Assembly: GCF_001194135.2 (NCBI RefSeq)
Contig: NC_068981.1
Span: 55,508,450 to 55,572,449, forward strand
DNA from: Octopus bimaculoides
Taxonomy: Eukaryota
DNA length: 64,000 nucleotides
Direction: 5' to 3'
Made by a program: the position numbers and the translations under genes. Shown piece after piece: positions 63,131 to 64,000 of this stretch. The notes beneath the pieces are model-generated. The model was given only the letters and a program-made list of their open reading frames with translations. It made no database searches and was not told the DNA's origin. The number at the start of each line of letters is the position of its first letter. Positions within the stretch are counted from its first letter, which is position 1.

Positions 63131-64000
63131 TTGTGTGTACATACATTATCTGCAGAGTACCATAATTAAACTGTACCCTGTTAAGCCAGATTCAGAGAGT
63201 GACTGTCCTTGTTGACTTTCATCACCATTTTTGGCAATCAGTATCGTGTGGTCCTACAATTTTCATTGATTATTCAGTGATTAGGCATGTTTCTGCTTTG
63301 TATTTTATATCATGACTCCAAAAGAGATTAATTTAAAGAAGTGGGTAACCCCAGTTGTGCAGCAAAAGTTGGAACTATATAAAGAGGCTGGTGCTTTTTT
63401 CACATTTACACACAGAAATGTTGAATAATTTTATAGAATATATATCATTGTTTTATGTAGTTATATAATATATACAATATTTTTGTAATGTTGTTTCTGT
63501 GTAATATTCAGCATGCAATGCATATATTTCTTATTTTGTATGCATACACAATATTAAACTCTATCATTGGTTAACTCAAGTAATTAGCTAAAGCTGACAC
63601 CCTTCCCTGCATTAGTATGTTTTAGTAAAGATGCACAGTGTATGTGCATGTATGCATGTGTGTGTGCATGTCAAGCTAAGTCCACTTATCTCCATTCTAT
63701 TTGTATTGTTTAGATACTTGAATCCTTTTACCAGTCCTTTCTACCTGTCTCACTCTTAGATCTTCTGTGGCTTAAGCAGTCCAGTATAGAATTAAATATA
63801 GGCATAACTTCCATTCAAGTGTTTCATTAATCTTGGTAATTCTAGTGGTTCTCACCCCTTTCCCAGGATATTAATGCAGTCAGCTTGAAAGTTACTCATC
63901 CACCTTTGACAGACGTTTCTTAATCATGCAAAGAGCCCACATACCATCATTACTGGGATAGTCCAGTAGGGGGCAAGTGTAGTAGTTTATCGCTTATATA

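Overview
AT-rich, intron-dominated animal genomic DNA. The tRNA-SINE families and microsatellite load suggest a coleoid cephalopod, probably Octopus (inference). There are three assembly gaps. The whole window lies inside one + strand gene, an ADAMTS9/20/GON-1-type secreted metalloprotease. I assembled 26 GT-AG coding exons by hand (8565-61412, 3681 nt, 1227 codons, one open frame, all intron phases compatible). They cover the end of the prodomain, the RHKR furin site, the reprolysin domain (HELGHLFNLPHD, Met-turn), the disintegrin-like, TSR1, Cys-rich and spacer domains, and nine complete plus one started C-terminal TSP1 repeats. The 5' exons and the expected GON domain are not in the window. 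The introns hold decayed RTE, CR1/L2 and Hero-like retrotransposons, hAT and piggyBac-type DNA elements, many SINEs and two local duplications that each bracket an exon. The best novelty candidate is in the 3' UTR of a 769-bp Hero-like insertion (17-bp target-site duplication). It contains all three hammerhead ribozyme core strands in a non-circularly permuted order, and its departures from consensus are nearly all TpG, as expected from CpG decay. Element family names rest on motifs recalled from memory; no database search was run, and repeat boundaries are approximate unless a TSD or TIR is given.
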